This document shows, in pieces, positions 52,064 to 64,000 of a stretch of 64,000 nt of DNA (its first letter is position 1; each line of letters begins with the position of its first letter). The notes beneath the pieces are model-generated. The model made no database searches. It was not told the origin of the DNA and saw only the letters and a program-made list of their open reading frames with translations. The stretch comes from Octopus sinensis (Eukaryota): assembly GCF_006345805.1 (NCBI RefSeq), contig NC_043004.1:23002001-23066000 (forward strand). Direction: 5' to 3'. Made by a program: the position numbers and the translations under genes.

Positions 52064-53689
52064 AAGTCTGTTCGCATCGTTTTCTTTTTACCTTTTACTT
52101 ATTTTAGTCCTTAGCCAGCGGCCACGCTGTGGAAACAACGTCTACCTTCATAGACTCAAAATATAATAGGATTGAAAAGTTCATATTAAGTAAATTGAGA
52201 CAATTAACGGATGAGGAGCTAGTCAGGTTACAAATATAGTTGAAGGTCCAGTTTGAAAATTGTTCTCATGTTAATGGGCTCACTCGGCACAACACCCAAA
52301 GTGCTACCTAAGAAAGGGAATGATATTGGAGAGACACATATTATCGACTTGCAGATTCTTTGGGACAATATCCCCCCTAATTTTGCATCAAAATAATTGT
52401 TTTTGATTGATGTGCAAAGTTAACAATTTTGTATAGAAGGTATTAAACGATACTACTAGCCAACGTATTATATTGATATCCTATTTTATGAACAGGAAAA
52501 TTATGAGAAATGTAGTTATCCCTGCAGTATTTAAATTCAGAATATTCTAACGATTATACCCATCCAAGTGTGTGCATATTGTCTACAACCATACTAAGAT
52601 CAGAGCACATGTGTCTTTAAATATATGAAAATGACGTCAATGCGATGAATATGCGATTTCTGTTAAGATAACCAGAAATCCGCACCGATATTAAATTCTT
52701 TTAATAATTGCAGGTAGATCATCATATTGTGTATGTATGAGTATATATAGGCGTAGAGGTTCCATCAGCTTTACTTTTTATGTTTATGTTCATTTGTGAT
52801 TTTACTGATATTAAACTGATATAATATAAACTGAAATAAGGAAAATAATCTAAATTGAGAAACAGTTTTCCTTTGATTGAGAGTTCCACTTGGAAAACGA
52901 AAGCAGCCACATGTGGTTCGGTTTTTTAAAATTATATGTTGGTAAAGTTTAAAGCCTGAAACATGAATATATACGGCCCATGTCTGGAAGCAACGATCAA
53001 AGTGTCATTCACCAAAACAAAAAATAGAAATCTGTTGGACATATTAGTTAATTTCTCCTAATTATCTCTTCTCGTCTTCTACGATATATATAATATGCTC
53101 TCATCAGAAACGAGATACTGTTCGTTCTATGTATACTGTATAAAATACAACATGATAGAGTTCGTTGTACACACATGTGTGTATGTAAATTTACTTCATT
53201 AAGTCTTTATCGAAATTCATAAACAATTTAAGAACCATAAGCGACAATTTCTGATTATTCCAGAATTACGTTATGTCAATAGATGTCAGTTGACGTAACT
53301 AATGGCACAGCAGCTATTAAATCAACATATTTAGATTTGTTCTTGAAGTCTAATCAGGCGTTATATAGAAATATTTTAATTAGAATTAAACATTGGAAGA
53401 GTATAACGTCCTACATATTTATAAGCATAAGAAGCCTCGAAAATAAAAGTAATTGGTAAAATTACTGTTTCTTGCCGTTGAGGTTCATAAAGCTTTAACA
53501 AATGTCTACCTGTTGAGTTGGCAAATTGAGACTGGTTTGTCATTGTTGCTTGTCACCTGTCCAGTCGATATCGTTGACCGAACATTTCTAGACATGCGGT
53601 AAAAGGCTTTGGAGAGGTGGTGGTGTCTCTTCTTGACACCTTCCTCACGTGGGACCCTTTACTGTATATATATATATATATATATATAT

Positions 53690-54340
53690 AGTAACACTAT
53701 CTCATATTAACAGATATATTTACCGCAATTACATAAAAAAAATATTGAAACTCTAAAGAGTAAATTTATTCAATACAATCACCAATGGCTTCAACCGCGG
53801 CCTCCAGACGACTTCGGAATCTCCTGCAACTCTTCTGAGAGGTTTCCTTGTTTAAGTTGGTGAATGTTGCCATAATCTTTGCCTTTAGATCATCTTTGAT
53901 GTTAAAAGGAATTTTGCTGGTCTCTCATTCAGCTGCGCCCTACAGATAATAATCAAGAGGGTGCAGTCTGGAGAGTTAGGTGGCCAGATGGTAGGGGTGA
54001 TGTTGTCGCAGAAATTATCTGACAATCATGACTGCATTCTCCTGCTTGTGTGGTGTGGTGCAGATACCTGTTGTCTGACATAGGGTGTTCCAGCAACCAC
54101 TCTCTTGACACCGGGCAGCACTACCTCCTCCAGGCATCTGATATAGGCATCCATGTTGAGTGTGAGGCCGTGTGGGAAGATGAATGAAGCCATAACGTTG
54201 CCGTGACTAGTGATCACTCCAAACACCATAATGTTGATTGGATGTTTGATTTTTATCATTATTTGTACATGTTCATATTGGAACTTCCAGTGCAAATGAT
54301 AAGCATTACAGCATATCTAAATTTCTGGCCGAGTGAATTA
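53690..54340 (-). mobile_element. maT (DD37D) transposase 3' fragment
   Basis: KHPINIMVFGVITSHG...YVRQQV(D>V)-(37)-D in WPPNSPDCTPLD; stop codon at 53766-68. Confidence 0.88.
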
Positions 54341-54493
54341 CGCCATGGTGCTGTTTTTCTCATAGGCGGTGCCCAAATGACCCTGCTATGCTGTGTAGTG
54401 ATCTACTATGCTGTGCGGTCAACAAAATCAAAAACAAACAATGCACATGCGCGAAATAAATATTTATGGTGACAATTTACACATCACATCGTT

Positions 54494-54551
<58 letters not shown>

Positions 54552-54571
54552 ATGTATATATATATATATTA

Positions 54572-54627
<56 letters not shown>

Positions 54628-54648
54628 ATATATATATTTATATTTATA

Positions 54649-55501
54649 CGTGGGGTACCCACAAGAAACTGGAAATTTACAGTATCATTTTATTCCCTTA
54701 GTTTTACATGCTTATGCTTTTATCACCTTCAAAATATTCTCCATTTAAAGTAATGCCCTTTTCCAGACGCATTTTCCACTGTAGGAAGATGTGCTGGAAC
54801 CCTTACGACGTAATGCCTTTTAACGCCTCCGTCGTTTTTTTCTTCACCTCTTCCACATCTGCAAATTCCGTAGCACCGGCTTTCATCACGGGTGATGACC
54901 TCCATAAAAAGGTCTGCATCAACTTCCAGCTGTTCTATCAGTGCATGACACGCATTCAGACGTGACTAATTTTGATCTTCCGTGAGCAAGTGAGGCACAA
55001 ATTTTGCTGCAACTTCCTCGCTCAAAATTCGTTGGTAGCGGCACCAGTCACATCAAGAAAGTCCTCAATTGTTCGGTGGCAGTCCTCCAAGATCAGTTCA
55101 TGAAATTTCATGCTTTCATTCATTCAGGAGATCGACGGTCGCCCTGAATGAGGCTAGTCTTCAATTGGCTAGTGACCATTTCTAAAGTGTGAAAACTACT
55201 CATAAAGTTCTGTGTTTTTCATGACATCAGCCTTGTAATCTGTTGAACGTATTACAACTGTTTCGGCCGCCATTTTTCCCTACGCTGTTCCTTATATCAG
55301 CCATCGTAAAAATCGACGAACAGGGGAGAAGCAGTGCAAAACAAAGACGCACTACATGGCAGTATGTCCCCAATGGACAACGCTGGTGTGCAGACTGATG
55401 CCTGAGGGTCGCATCTGAGTGGCTCCTAGCGGTGGAAACCTGAACTACATCAGGCTTGACCCACAGGGAGTTCTTTCGGTTACTTTTGGGTACTCCCCTC
55501 G
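54649..55501 (-). mobile_element. Mariner (irritans-like TIR) element with the catalytic core deleted
   Basis: TIRs CG(A/T)GGGG..TACCCA.AAG and TA at both ends. AAKFVPHLL...ITRDESRCYG is fused directly to FADVEEVKKKTT. Confidence 0.85.
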
Positions 55502-55514
55502 TACTTATCGTGAG

Positions 55515-55533
55515 AGATAGATAGATAGGTAGG

Positions 55534-55589
<56 letters not shown>

Positions 55590-55604
55590 ACATTGATAGA
55601 TAGG

Positions 55605-55677
<73 letters not shown>

Positions 55678-55680
55678 TCA
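55515..55680 (+). repeat. (AGAT)n microsatellite, interrupted
   Basis: Tetranucleotide run with a few interruptions. Confidence 0.95.
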
Positions 55681-55942
55681 TTTATTCATTCATTCATTGT
55701 TATACCGTCAAATATATTCGTTTTTTTTCTTTTTAATCATTATTTTTCACAATATATTCTCCTTCATTTTCTACGACATCTTGACGACGTTCCATTACCA
55801 TATTTTGTCAATGTATCGATGGGAGCAAGTACCGGGCCTTGATTCAAAGAATTCGCTTTTGAATGAAATGCCTTGCAGACACTGTAAAAGGTGACAATCT
55901 GAAGGAGGTATTTTAGTAAAATATGGTGAGTGCAGTAGAACT

Positions 55943-56175
55943 TCGCGAGCTGGCAGAAACATTGGCACACCGGACGAAATGCTTTGCAGTATTTCGTCTG
56001 CTGCTACGTTCTGAATTCAAAGTCCGCCGAGTTCGACTTTGCCTTTCATCCTTTCGGGGTCGATAAATTAAGTACCAGTTGCGCACTGAAGTCGATGTAA
56101 TCGACTTAATCCGTTTGTCTATCCTTGTTTGGCCCCTCTATGTTTAGCCCCTTGTGGGCAATAAAGAATTAAGAA
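55943..56175 (+). mobile_element. tRNA-derived SINE with a conserved central domain (Meta-domain-like, from recall)
   Basis: GCGAGCTGGCAGAAAC...GACTTTGCCTTTCATCCTTTCGGGGTCGATAAATTAAGTACCAG. Partial copies at 26530, 29706 and 63255. Confidence 0.75.
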
Positions 56176-56204
56176 CTTCGCAACAGAGATGTTGAATATC
56201 ATGT

Positions 56205-56640
56205 TTGGCCAGGTTAACGAATTGTTAACAACACAGCGTTGTTGTGTTGAAGAAGCACGTCATGTAACCGACGGATCGTTTGAAACTTACCCATCGAGAG
56301 AAGGTAACAAACGACAAAGTCATGACAGCATCCCATCTGTTGGACTCCTTGTCTAGCGGATTGGCACAGATCACCGTTGATACTCGTTCAAACGTTCAAG
56401 TCGACTAAAATGCAACGAATCTGTGAGCTCGAATTACCCATTCTTGAATCGTAGAATCCTTGTCTGTGCAGTTGTTTCAATGAAAGTGCCTTCTCCTTAC
56501 ACATACGCAAATGTCTCGGGCAGATTTGGCAAGAAGCTGAAACATGTAACAAAGTTTCTTTTGAGTGTGCTTAACGCTCCATCGTCGTATATCTGAAATG
56601 AGGTCAAAATTATTCAGATTTCAGAAACAGTAGAGAAATT
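56205..56640 (-). mobile_element. Mariner transposase 5' (HTH) fragment, highly decayed
   Basis: HFRY...YV*GEGTF...RFKNG*FELTD...MGKF. Confidence 0.6.
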
Positions 56641-56767
56641 ATAGAGCTAAAAACAAACATAGAACACTACATTATACTTTTTCTTTTTTCTTTTTTTACC
56701 TTGTTAATTTTTTTCTTGATAATTCAGCTATCATGGGAAAGAAAGAAAAAAATATCTGACAATATGT

Positions 56768-57190
56768 GATTGAGTCATAAATAATTTCGGATTTTGTTAA
56801 ATTTTCTTCACTCATGAAAATATTTTACAAAGAATATAGTCATTACTTTAAATGACCTTTTGCTATTTCTCTGGTAACCTTTTGATTTCTCTCGAATAAA
56901 ATTCCACTCGGCTTCGACAAGAAAAAGTATAGCACGTGCGTTTTCGCCTAATCTTCTTCAGAATTTTTTTCCCACCAGAACATTTCGTAGAGAACGAAAG
57001 AGATGGAAATCAGTTGGTGCAGGATCTCGTGAACATTGTGGATGGAGTAAAACAGACCAGCTCCAATCCAACATTTTATCCTGCATGGTTCTTGCAGAGT
57101 GTGGTCCTGCGTTATCATAGAGAAGCACCATGTTTCTCCTAATGACGAGTGCAAGGTACTTTCTTATAAGATTTTTATTCACACGTTATG
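56768..57190 (-). mobile_element. Mariner (DD34D) 3' fragment with TIR
   Basis: YD NAGPHSA...HPQCSRDPAPT D gives 34 residues; FHLFRSL; SKP...; TIR-like TTGAGTCATAAATAATTTCGG at about 56771. Confidence 0.85.
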
Positions 57191-58409
57191 GATATAAGTT
57201 AGCATTTAGTGTTTGCTCTTTAAAATTTCAAAATGAATGGCACCGCGGTGATCCCACCATAAACACAACATAACCTTCCTTCTATGGAGCTCAGCCCTTG
57301 AGGCAAGTTGTGGAGATTTATCCTTGACAGTCCTTATTGTAAAAATGACCTGTAATGATAGTATTGAGAAACGGATCATTTCTCTGCCTTTAAAGAAGAC
57401 ATATCGCTATGGACATGCGATTTTCCCTATTCTCACTAAGGGTATAGAGAACGCAAACAGCCAGCTTGCTGACTTTTCTTATAATTTCTAAATTGCAGCA
57501 GATAGGGGATTGGGATCGCTAGTTCCAGTGTACTTTTACGAGGACTGAACTCCACTAATTCTCCTAATGTATCTTGATCGAAGTCTAATGTGCATCCTGG
57601 TCTCAGTTAGTCTCTTAATTTCATACTTGCCTGTCAGTAATGACACCTTGGCCATAAACTCTGCATATTTCTTAATTGTTTCTGTGCCTTTATAAACTCC
57701 CATAACATCACATGTCGAATATGCACTATCGGTTCGTCCATTTTAGGGCAGTGAAATTTAATATTAAACTATGATATGTACAATTTCACTGTTTAAATAT
57801 GAATGACAGATGAAAGTCTTTTAAAAACTGTAATTTCCATTTCAATTTTACACATCTGTAGTTTGAAATATGTTCACACAATTTACTTTCAATAAACAAA
57901 TTATTTATCACTCAACCCACTATATGTATTTGTGTGTGTATGTGCGCGCGTGTTAGTGTTTGTATGTATGTACAACCGTATTAGTTCCAAGGAGTGTATA
58001 TATATATATATATATATATATTATATTACATTAAATTAGAGATAAAACCACTATTAGGCAAATCAAACAGTGAAAAACATAAGCCAATAAATAAAATTAA
58101 TTTTAAAATTCTTTCCTAGAAGGTATTGGAATATCCTTCAAAGATGAATTCCAAAATAGCGGTTCTATCTCACCTGTAAATTCCATAATTTACGAAGTTG
58201 AGATATTACACTCAATATACTTAATTTATCAATATATTAATTAATAATAATAATAATTTTTTGGGAATAAATCCAAACCTACAGGGAAAAATTAGATGTA
58301 TGATTAAATCCAATGTTATAGTATAAATATATTATATTATATTATATTAAATTAGAGATAAAACCAAAGCGATGAGGAATTATGTACATTATTTACATTA
58401 TGTACTTTG

Positions 58410-60507
58410 CGACAACAATCAAGCGCATTCCATACTTGGACATAATAGTCCCTATTGAAGAGATAGCCATAAAGATACCAAAAGCTCAGAGAGATGAACT
58501 AAGGTGGAAAGTGAAACAGGTACTAGAAAAATCGAAACTTGCCGAACCAAACATCACTAAGGAAGAAAATTTCGCTCTCAAAAGACTACAGAGTGACAAT
58601 TCTATCATAATACTTCTAGCAGACAAGGTAAATGCTACAGTCGTGATGAACAAGTCTGATTACTCTGAAAGTTGGCAAGTCTTATAAGATATGGTAGCTA
58701 GAGCAAAGAAAATAAAGACCCAACTCTGAAAACAGAGAGGAAGTTGTCACAGATCTTGATCAAGAACAAGATTCATTTTACACCAATGAAGTACAGACAA
58801 CTGACTCAACACTACAGTAAACTACCACACATTTACGCTCTCCCTAAGATTCACAAGGATTACATTAAGACCTATAATGAGCTATAAAAGTTCAGCGTGA
58901 CATTCACTGAGCCGCTTCCTTGTGGATATAATCAGGAAAGTCAGCATCGTACGGGAAGAATTCCACCCACTTCACAGAATTGATCAGAGATAGTACCATT
59001 GAATCTAACCAGATGGTGAGTCTAGATGTGATAAATCTGTTCACTACCCAACAGGTGAAGCACTATCGGTGATCCAAGAAAACTAGTGACAGACACCCAT
59101 CTAAAAGAATGCACTAGTATACCAATAAGAAACCTGATAGAAATGTAGACCTTATTTGTAGAAACTACCTACTTCAGTATAGGCACTGATATATATCGAC
59201 AATAAGAGGGTTTAGCTATGGGTTCGCCATTATCACCGATAATAGCCAATATATATATGGAATAATTTGAGAATTTGGCTTTAGTATCAACACGACTAAA
59301 ACCAATCCTATCCTCTCTCTTCTTCATAATTGGAAACCAACACTATGGCTACGATATGTTGATGACACCTTTATACTCTGGCCCCACCAGGAAGATTTTC
59401 CAAGTGATGTTAGATCATGTGAACTCAATAAAGCCATCCATACAGTTTGCAATGGAAAAGGTAAAAGACAATCATCTAGCATTCCTGGACGTATTAATAA
59501 CGCAGCATGTATGGATTCAGGACATCCGTATACCGCAAGCCGACCTTCACTGGCCGATACCTCATCTTCAATTCCCACCATCCATACAGTGTAAAGAGTG
59601 GGGTTGTTCAGGCCTAAAACATCGTGCAAAGAATATAAGTAGCAATCGTGATACACACCACGAAGAGATTATCAAGCTCAATAACAATATATTAAGCAAC
59701 ATCTACCCCGAAAGCATACTATTCACTCCAATTATGAAGAAAAGGTAGGATGAAACCAATAAACTGTCCAAAGTCTGTCTACCCTATGGGAAAGGCCTCT
59801 TCGAAAAGATACAAAAGACGTGCGGCCCATATGACATCAGGAAAGTATTCAAGAGTAATACAATTTGCAAATATTTCCTTCGAGTAAAACCACCAATAGA
59901 AGAGAATATGACCAAAGACTGCGTATGCGCCATTCCATGCAGCTGTGGTAGGTTATACAAAGGTGAAACATGCCACCCCCACTCATTGATAAGTGTAGAC
60001 GAACGTCGCAAAGCAGTAACACAAGGAAATGTTGATAACTCAGGCATAGCTTATCATGTATAGACGAAATGGAGACCACTTCTCCCTTTGGGATGAAGTT
60101 AAAATAATAGACGGAGAACACCACTGCAAAAATACGAAAAGTAAAAGAAGCAGCACATATACTAGAACACATCAACCTCTTACGCAGGCCGAGTGCAGAT
60201 ATGAATAGCATATGGGAACTGGTATTAAGGAAGGATAGGAAAATAATAGATTTGTAAGCCCTAAAATTCATTCCATAATTGCCCACGGGCATAAGGCGTA
60301 GTGGTTAAGAGCGCGGGCTACTAACCCCAAGATTCCGAGTTCGATTCCAGGAAGTGACCTTGATGATAATAATAACAACAACATCGAAAAATACTTTAGG
60401 AATGAGAGCCCAGGTTCGAAATTTCCCCAAAGAAATTTCCTCATGAAGCTAGAGGGTATATTAGCCGAAACGTTGTGTTAACAACAAACACGATGACGAC
60501 AAATCTA

Positions 60508-60508
<1 letters not shown>
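58410..60508 (+). mobile_element. Penelope-like element family A, near full length, frameshifted (RT + GIY-YIG + terminal module)
   Basis: FATTIKRIPYLDII, ADKVNATVVM, YALPKIHK, SLDVINLFT, GLAMGSPLSPIIANIYME, RYVDDTF, AFLDVLI, YRKPTFTGRYL, IPCSCGRLYKGET, then a tRNA-like module and an HHR remnant. Confidence 0.93.
60440..60479 (+). ncRNA. Family A HHR remnant (G5C; stem I 5' arm lost)
   Basis: CTCATGA-A-GCTA-GAGGGTATAT-TAGC-C-GAAAC-GTT-GTGTT. Confidence 0.6.
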
Positions 60509-60538
<30 letters not shown>

Positions 60539-60814
60539 TTATACATATGCATATATGTATATGTGCGTACAGATACATATTGTGACCCCCTTTGGTCATG
60601 ATTGACCATGGGATTGCACCTAGAAAGTTACCCGAAGCACAAGTCCGGGCAAGGTTGTTTATGGATACAAGCCTCCCCTCTCTGTCGCAGCTCATTTATT
60701 AGAGTGCAAGTGGCTGAGCACTCCACAGGCACGTGTACCCTTAACGTAGTTCTCGGGGAGATTCAGCGTGACACAGTGTGTAACAAGGCTGGCCCTTGTC
60801 ACACAGATACAACA

Positions 60815-60971
60815 GAAACAGGAAGAAAGATTGAGAGAAAGTTGTGGTGAAAGATTACAGCAGGGTTCACCACCATCCACTGCCGTAGAGCTGTAGGTGC
60901 TTTCGCTCAATAAACATTCACAAAGCCCGGTCTGGGAATCGAAACCGCGATCCTACGACTGCCCTAACCAC

Positions 60972-60972
<1 letters not shown>
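60815..60972 (-). mobile_element. tRNA(Arg)-like SINE, partial
   Basis: The reverse complement matches 24975-25145. Confidence 0.85.
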
Positions 60973-61060
<88 letters not shown>

Positions 61061-62081
61061 ATGTGTGTATATATATATATAGGTGTGTGTATGTATACAT
61101 ATAGAAATATATGTGTATATATATGAGAGAGTGAGAGAGAGCTGGTGGAAAAGTTTATTCTACCGACATATGTTTACTGCACAGAGATTTTCTGAAACGA
61201 TAGCCCTAAAATACGTTATTTATTCATCAAAACAGTTTGGTGATGACGTAGCCGCTGATAGTAAAGTAATGCATCCATTAAATATATAACTTGTTACTTA
61301 AATATATGTTAGTGATGTCATTCATTGACCGATTGTTTCTTGTACGTCATCAACTGTGTTTTATTGATAACGTAATGCATTCACCAATAACATGCCTTGT
61401 AGTTAATCGGCACAACTTTGTCGGTGACGTAATATATTCACCAATATTATAAGTAGTAGAAAATAAACAGAGATGCGTTTGGTGAGGTAAAATTGCTTAT
61501 CACTAATAGAAGTCTTTTCCTATTCCTTTAAACTGAATCACTAGTGACGCAGTGGTGTTTATTATTGGATATATCTACGGGCTAAGATAGCAGATACTTG
61601 CTGGTGTTCAAACATGATATACCAATAGTATAAGCAACAGATCTGACTGTAATAGCATGTTTGATTAATAATTAATCTAATATTAAACTGAAATTATTAA
61701 ATGAAGCTTTTTTGAATAGTTTATTTATGTTATGTAATGTATGTAATGTTAATTACAACTACGTGATAGTAATTAAGTAATCATTATGTTCTCTTCTAAT
61801 TAAACAAACATTTTTTTTTTTAATAATTATGTATAAAGATTAATTATGTGTATAATTATTTCAGACAGATTTAATGAATTATCTGAATTAAAATTCAAAA
61901 ACGAAATAAATTCGTAGAAAATATGTTTTACAGGACCAAAATATAGTTCAATTTAATAAAGACGTTTGAATAAATAAATGTGTGTGAGAGTGTATGTATG
62001 TATATATGTTTATATATCTACGACTTATAATATTATTGGTGAATGCATATATATAGCATTTCTTTCAATATGTATAGATAG

Positions 62082-62084
<3 letters not shown>

Positions 62085-62112
<28 letters not shown>

Positions 62113-62162
62113 CATACATACATACATACATAGATGGATACATACATACATACATACATACA

Positions 62163-62190
<28 letters not shown>
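62085..62190 (+). repeat. (ACAT)n microsatellite
   Basis: Tetranucleotide run with one interruption. Confidence 0.95.
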
Positions 62191-62196
<6 letters not shown>

Positions 62197-63254
62197 CATA
62201 GAAGACAAGCTGGCAGACAGGCACCTTGGATATCAGGGGCATTCATATAGGTGGGCAAGATATATTTAAATAGAACACAGTCGTAGATATTATTAAATAT
62301 AAACGTAAATAACCTCTAATGCATTGTATAATAATGCTAATGAAATTTAAGAGTTTTAATTTATAATTAAAGAATTTTCTAGTAATTTGATATTCGAGAG
62401 TAGAAATCTAATGCCCGTCAATATTGCTATTCTTGGTAACGTTTAGAGCTATTAATCCAACTTGCCGTGTGTCTATCTCCGTGATTTACAAAAATATTGT
62501 TGTCACCAAGTAGAACTTATTCCGACTTCATTACACGTCCTAATAGAGAGAAATTGTATGCGCATACCTGACTGGGAAAATATCGCAGGGTCAAAGCACG
62601 AAAAAGAAAAAAAAAAAAACGAAAATGCAAAATTTATAATACCAGTTTGGTATTAAAATGAAAGAAATGAATTAAGTATTTTACGTCTCAGATGCTGGTT
62701 CTTCTTCAATGAAAAGCAGAGAAAATTGAACCAGAGTTGCGAGGAAGAGAAAACGTTACGCAGTAAGATTATATACGAAAGGTGCGTGTGTATATTGCGT
62801 GAATTTTCTGTGAGAGGATATTATATAATTGTTACCTGAGTATGTTGTGCATTTAGGTATGTACATTCGCATGTTCTGTGATGTCTATATCTGGTATTAC
62901 ATAAAGTAGCGATGCGCGATGTCTTGTTAAATTCAACTATATCTGTGTAGTTGCTATAAATTGATTTCAAATTTTGGTACATGGCTAGCAATTTCGGGGG
63001 TCGGTATAAATCGATCACATTAACCTCAGTGTTCAACAAAAACGTATTTTAATTACCTCTGTTGTGTGGACGCCCTCAGTCGATGAAGTAGGCTAGCGCA
63101 ATACGTAGATATAGAGAGAGAAGCCTGGACGTCAGCAGAATAGTAGATCGGAGGACAGTTGAGTAGCGGAGAGAACAGAGTTGAGTAGCAGTCAGAGTAG
63201 TGAGTAGTTGAGTATAAGGCATCCGAACGTGCGACATAACAACCTCCAAAAAAT

Positions 63255-63355
63255 AAAAGGCAAAGTCGACCCCGACAGCATTTCAAATCAGTGCGTAAGT
63301 TGGGAAGAAATGCCGCTGAGCATTTTCCCGGGACGGTAACAGTTTGGCCAGCTCT
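63255..63355 (-). mobile_element. tRNA-derived SINE 5' fragment
   Basis: The reverse complement GAGCTGGCCAAAC...AAATGCTCAGCGGCATTTC...GGGGTCGACTTTGCCTTT matches the 55943 family. Confidence 0.7.
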
Positions 63356-64000
63356 GTGCCTTAAAGTTACCTTGAATTGAACAGCTCATAGTAAGTGTGC
63401 GTGTGAGTTGTTTGGAAGTATGTTCTTGCTGGCTATTTGGAGGTATGTGCCTGTGTGTGAATGTATATTATGGAGTAATACAAATCGACCTATGAAGTAC
63501 TACTGCTGCAATGCTTGATACATGTGGGAGCTATGTGCTAAATTCAGAAGTGGTACATCAATGAATTTGATAATGAATAAACTCTCACAATGAAGGAATT
63601 TAAATGAAAAGTGATATAATGTCCATGGCGAGCAAATGCTGGGAGGGTTTGGGAGTAAAAATTTAAGTTGAAAGAGTTGTGGGTGATGAACGGGATGCAA
63701 TAACGAAATTTATAATAGTTGAAGAAGAGATTCGAGTGAAAGATACAGATTGGTCAATTTCAGATATAAAGTAAATGGCACGGGTACAGGGTGTGCAGAC
63801 AGTGAGGTTAAGGAAAGAGACGTGTGAGAGCTTGTGCATGATGTATTCCTGACGCTAGACATAACAGAGAGCGAAAAACCAGCTCGTATTCTTTAAACTC
63901 CCGTAAATGATTCCAAAAGTATAAGTGGTTCCCTGCGTGAAGGCATAAATCGAAGAAGACGTATATGCTGAACTTCTCTAGATGAGATTTCGAGAGGATA

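Noticed and set aside
60287-60359. Possible tRNA gene with ACT at the anticodon position
   Set aside because: The acceptor stem does not pair well, and it occurs only embedded in PLE termini with a simple-repeat tail. Treated as a tRNA-derived module.
63480-64000. Purine-rich stretch possibly derived from a LINE endonuclease
   Set aside because: Too many stops and no motif I can identify with confidence. It needs a translated search.

Overview
AT-rich, microsatellite-dense eukaryotic DNA. The SINE and LINE repertoire points to an Octopus/cephalopod genome (inference). The only host coding sequence I can support is three + strand exons (28477-28568, 35727-35865, 37658-37742) of a receptor guanylyl cyclase of the natriuretic-peptide-receptor type (NPR1/NPR2-like). 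They encode the end of the extracellular domain, the juxtamembrane cysteine pair and the transmembrane helix. The rest is inferred intron, filled with decayed mobile DNA: Penelope-like elements (PLEs) of at least three families, RTE, R4/Dong and L2/CR1-type LINE fragments, Tc1/mariner elements (DD34E, DD34D, DD37D, DD41D and a MITE), tRNA-derived SINEs and possible Helitron ends. The most notable unexplained structure is a set of hammerhead-ribozyme (HHR) motifs from several repeat families. One is a full-length type I HHR with an intact core on the gene's sense strand (51679-51780). Another lies in a PLE terminal module that fuses a tRNA-like Pol III promoter to a minimal HHR and occurs three times. 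No prokaryotic features, CRISPR arrays, rRNA or true tRNA genes were seen. TE boundaries are approximate and were read by eye.
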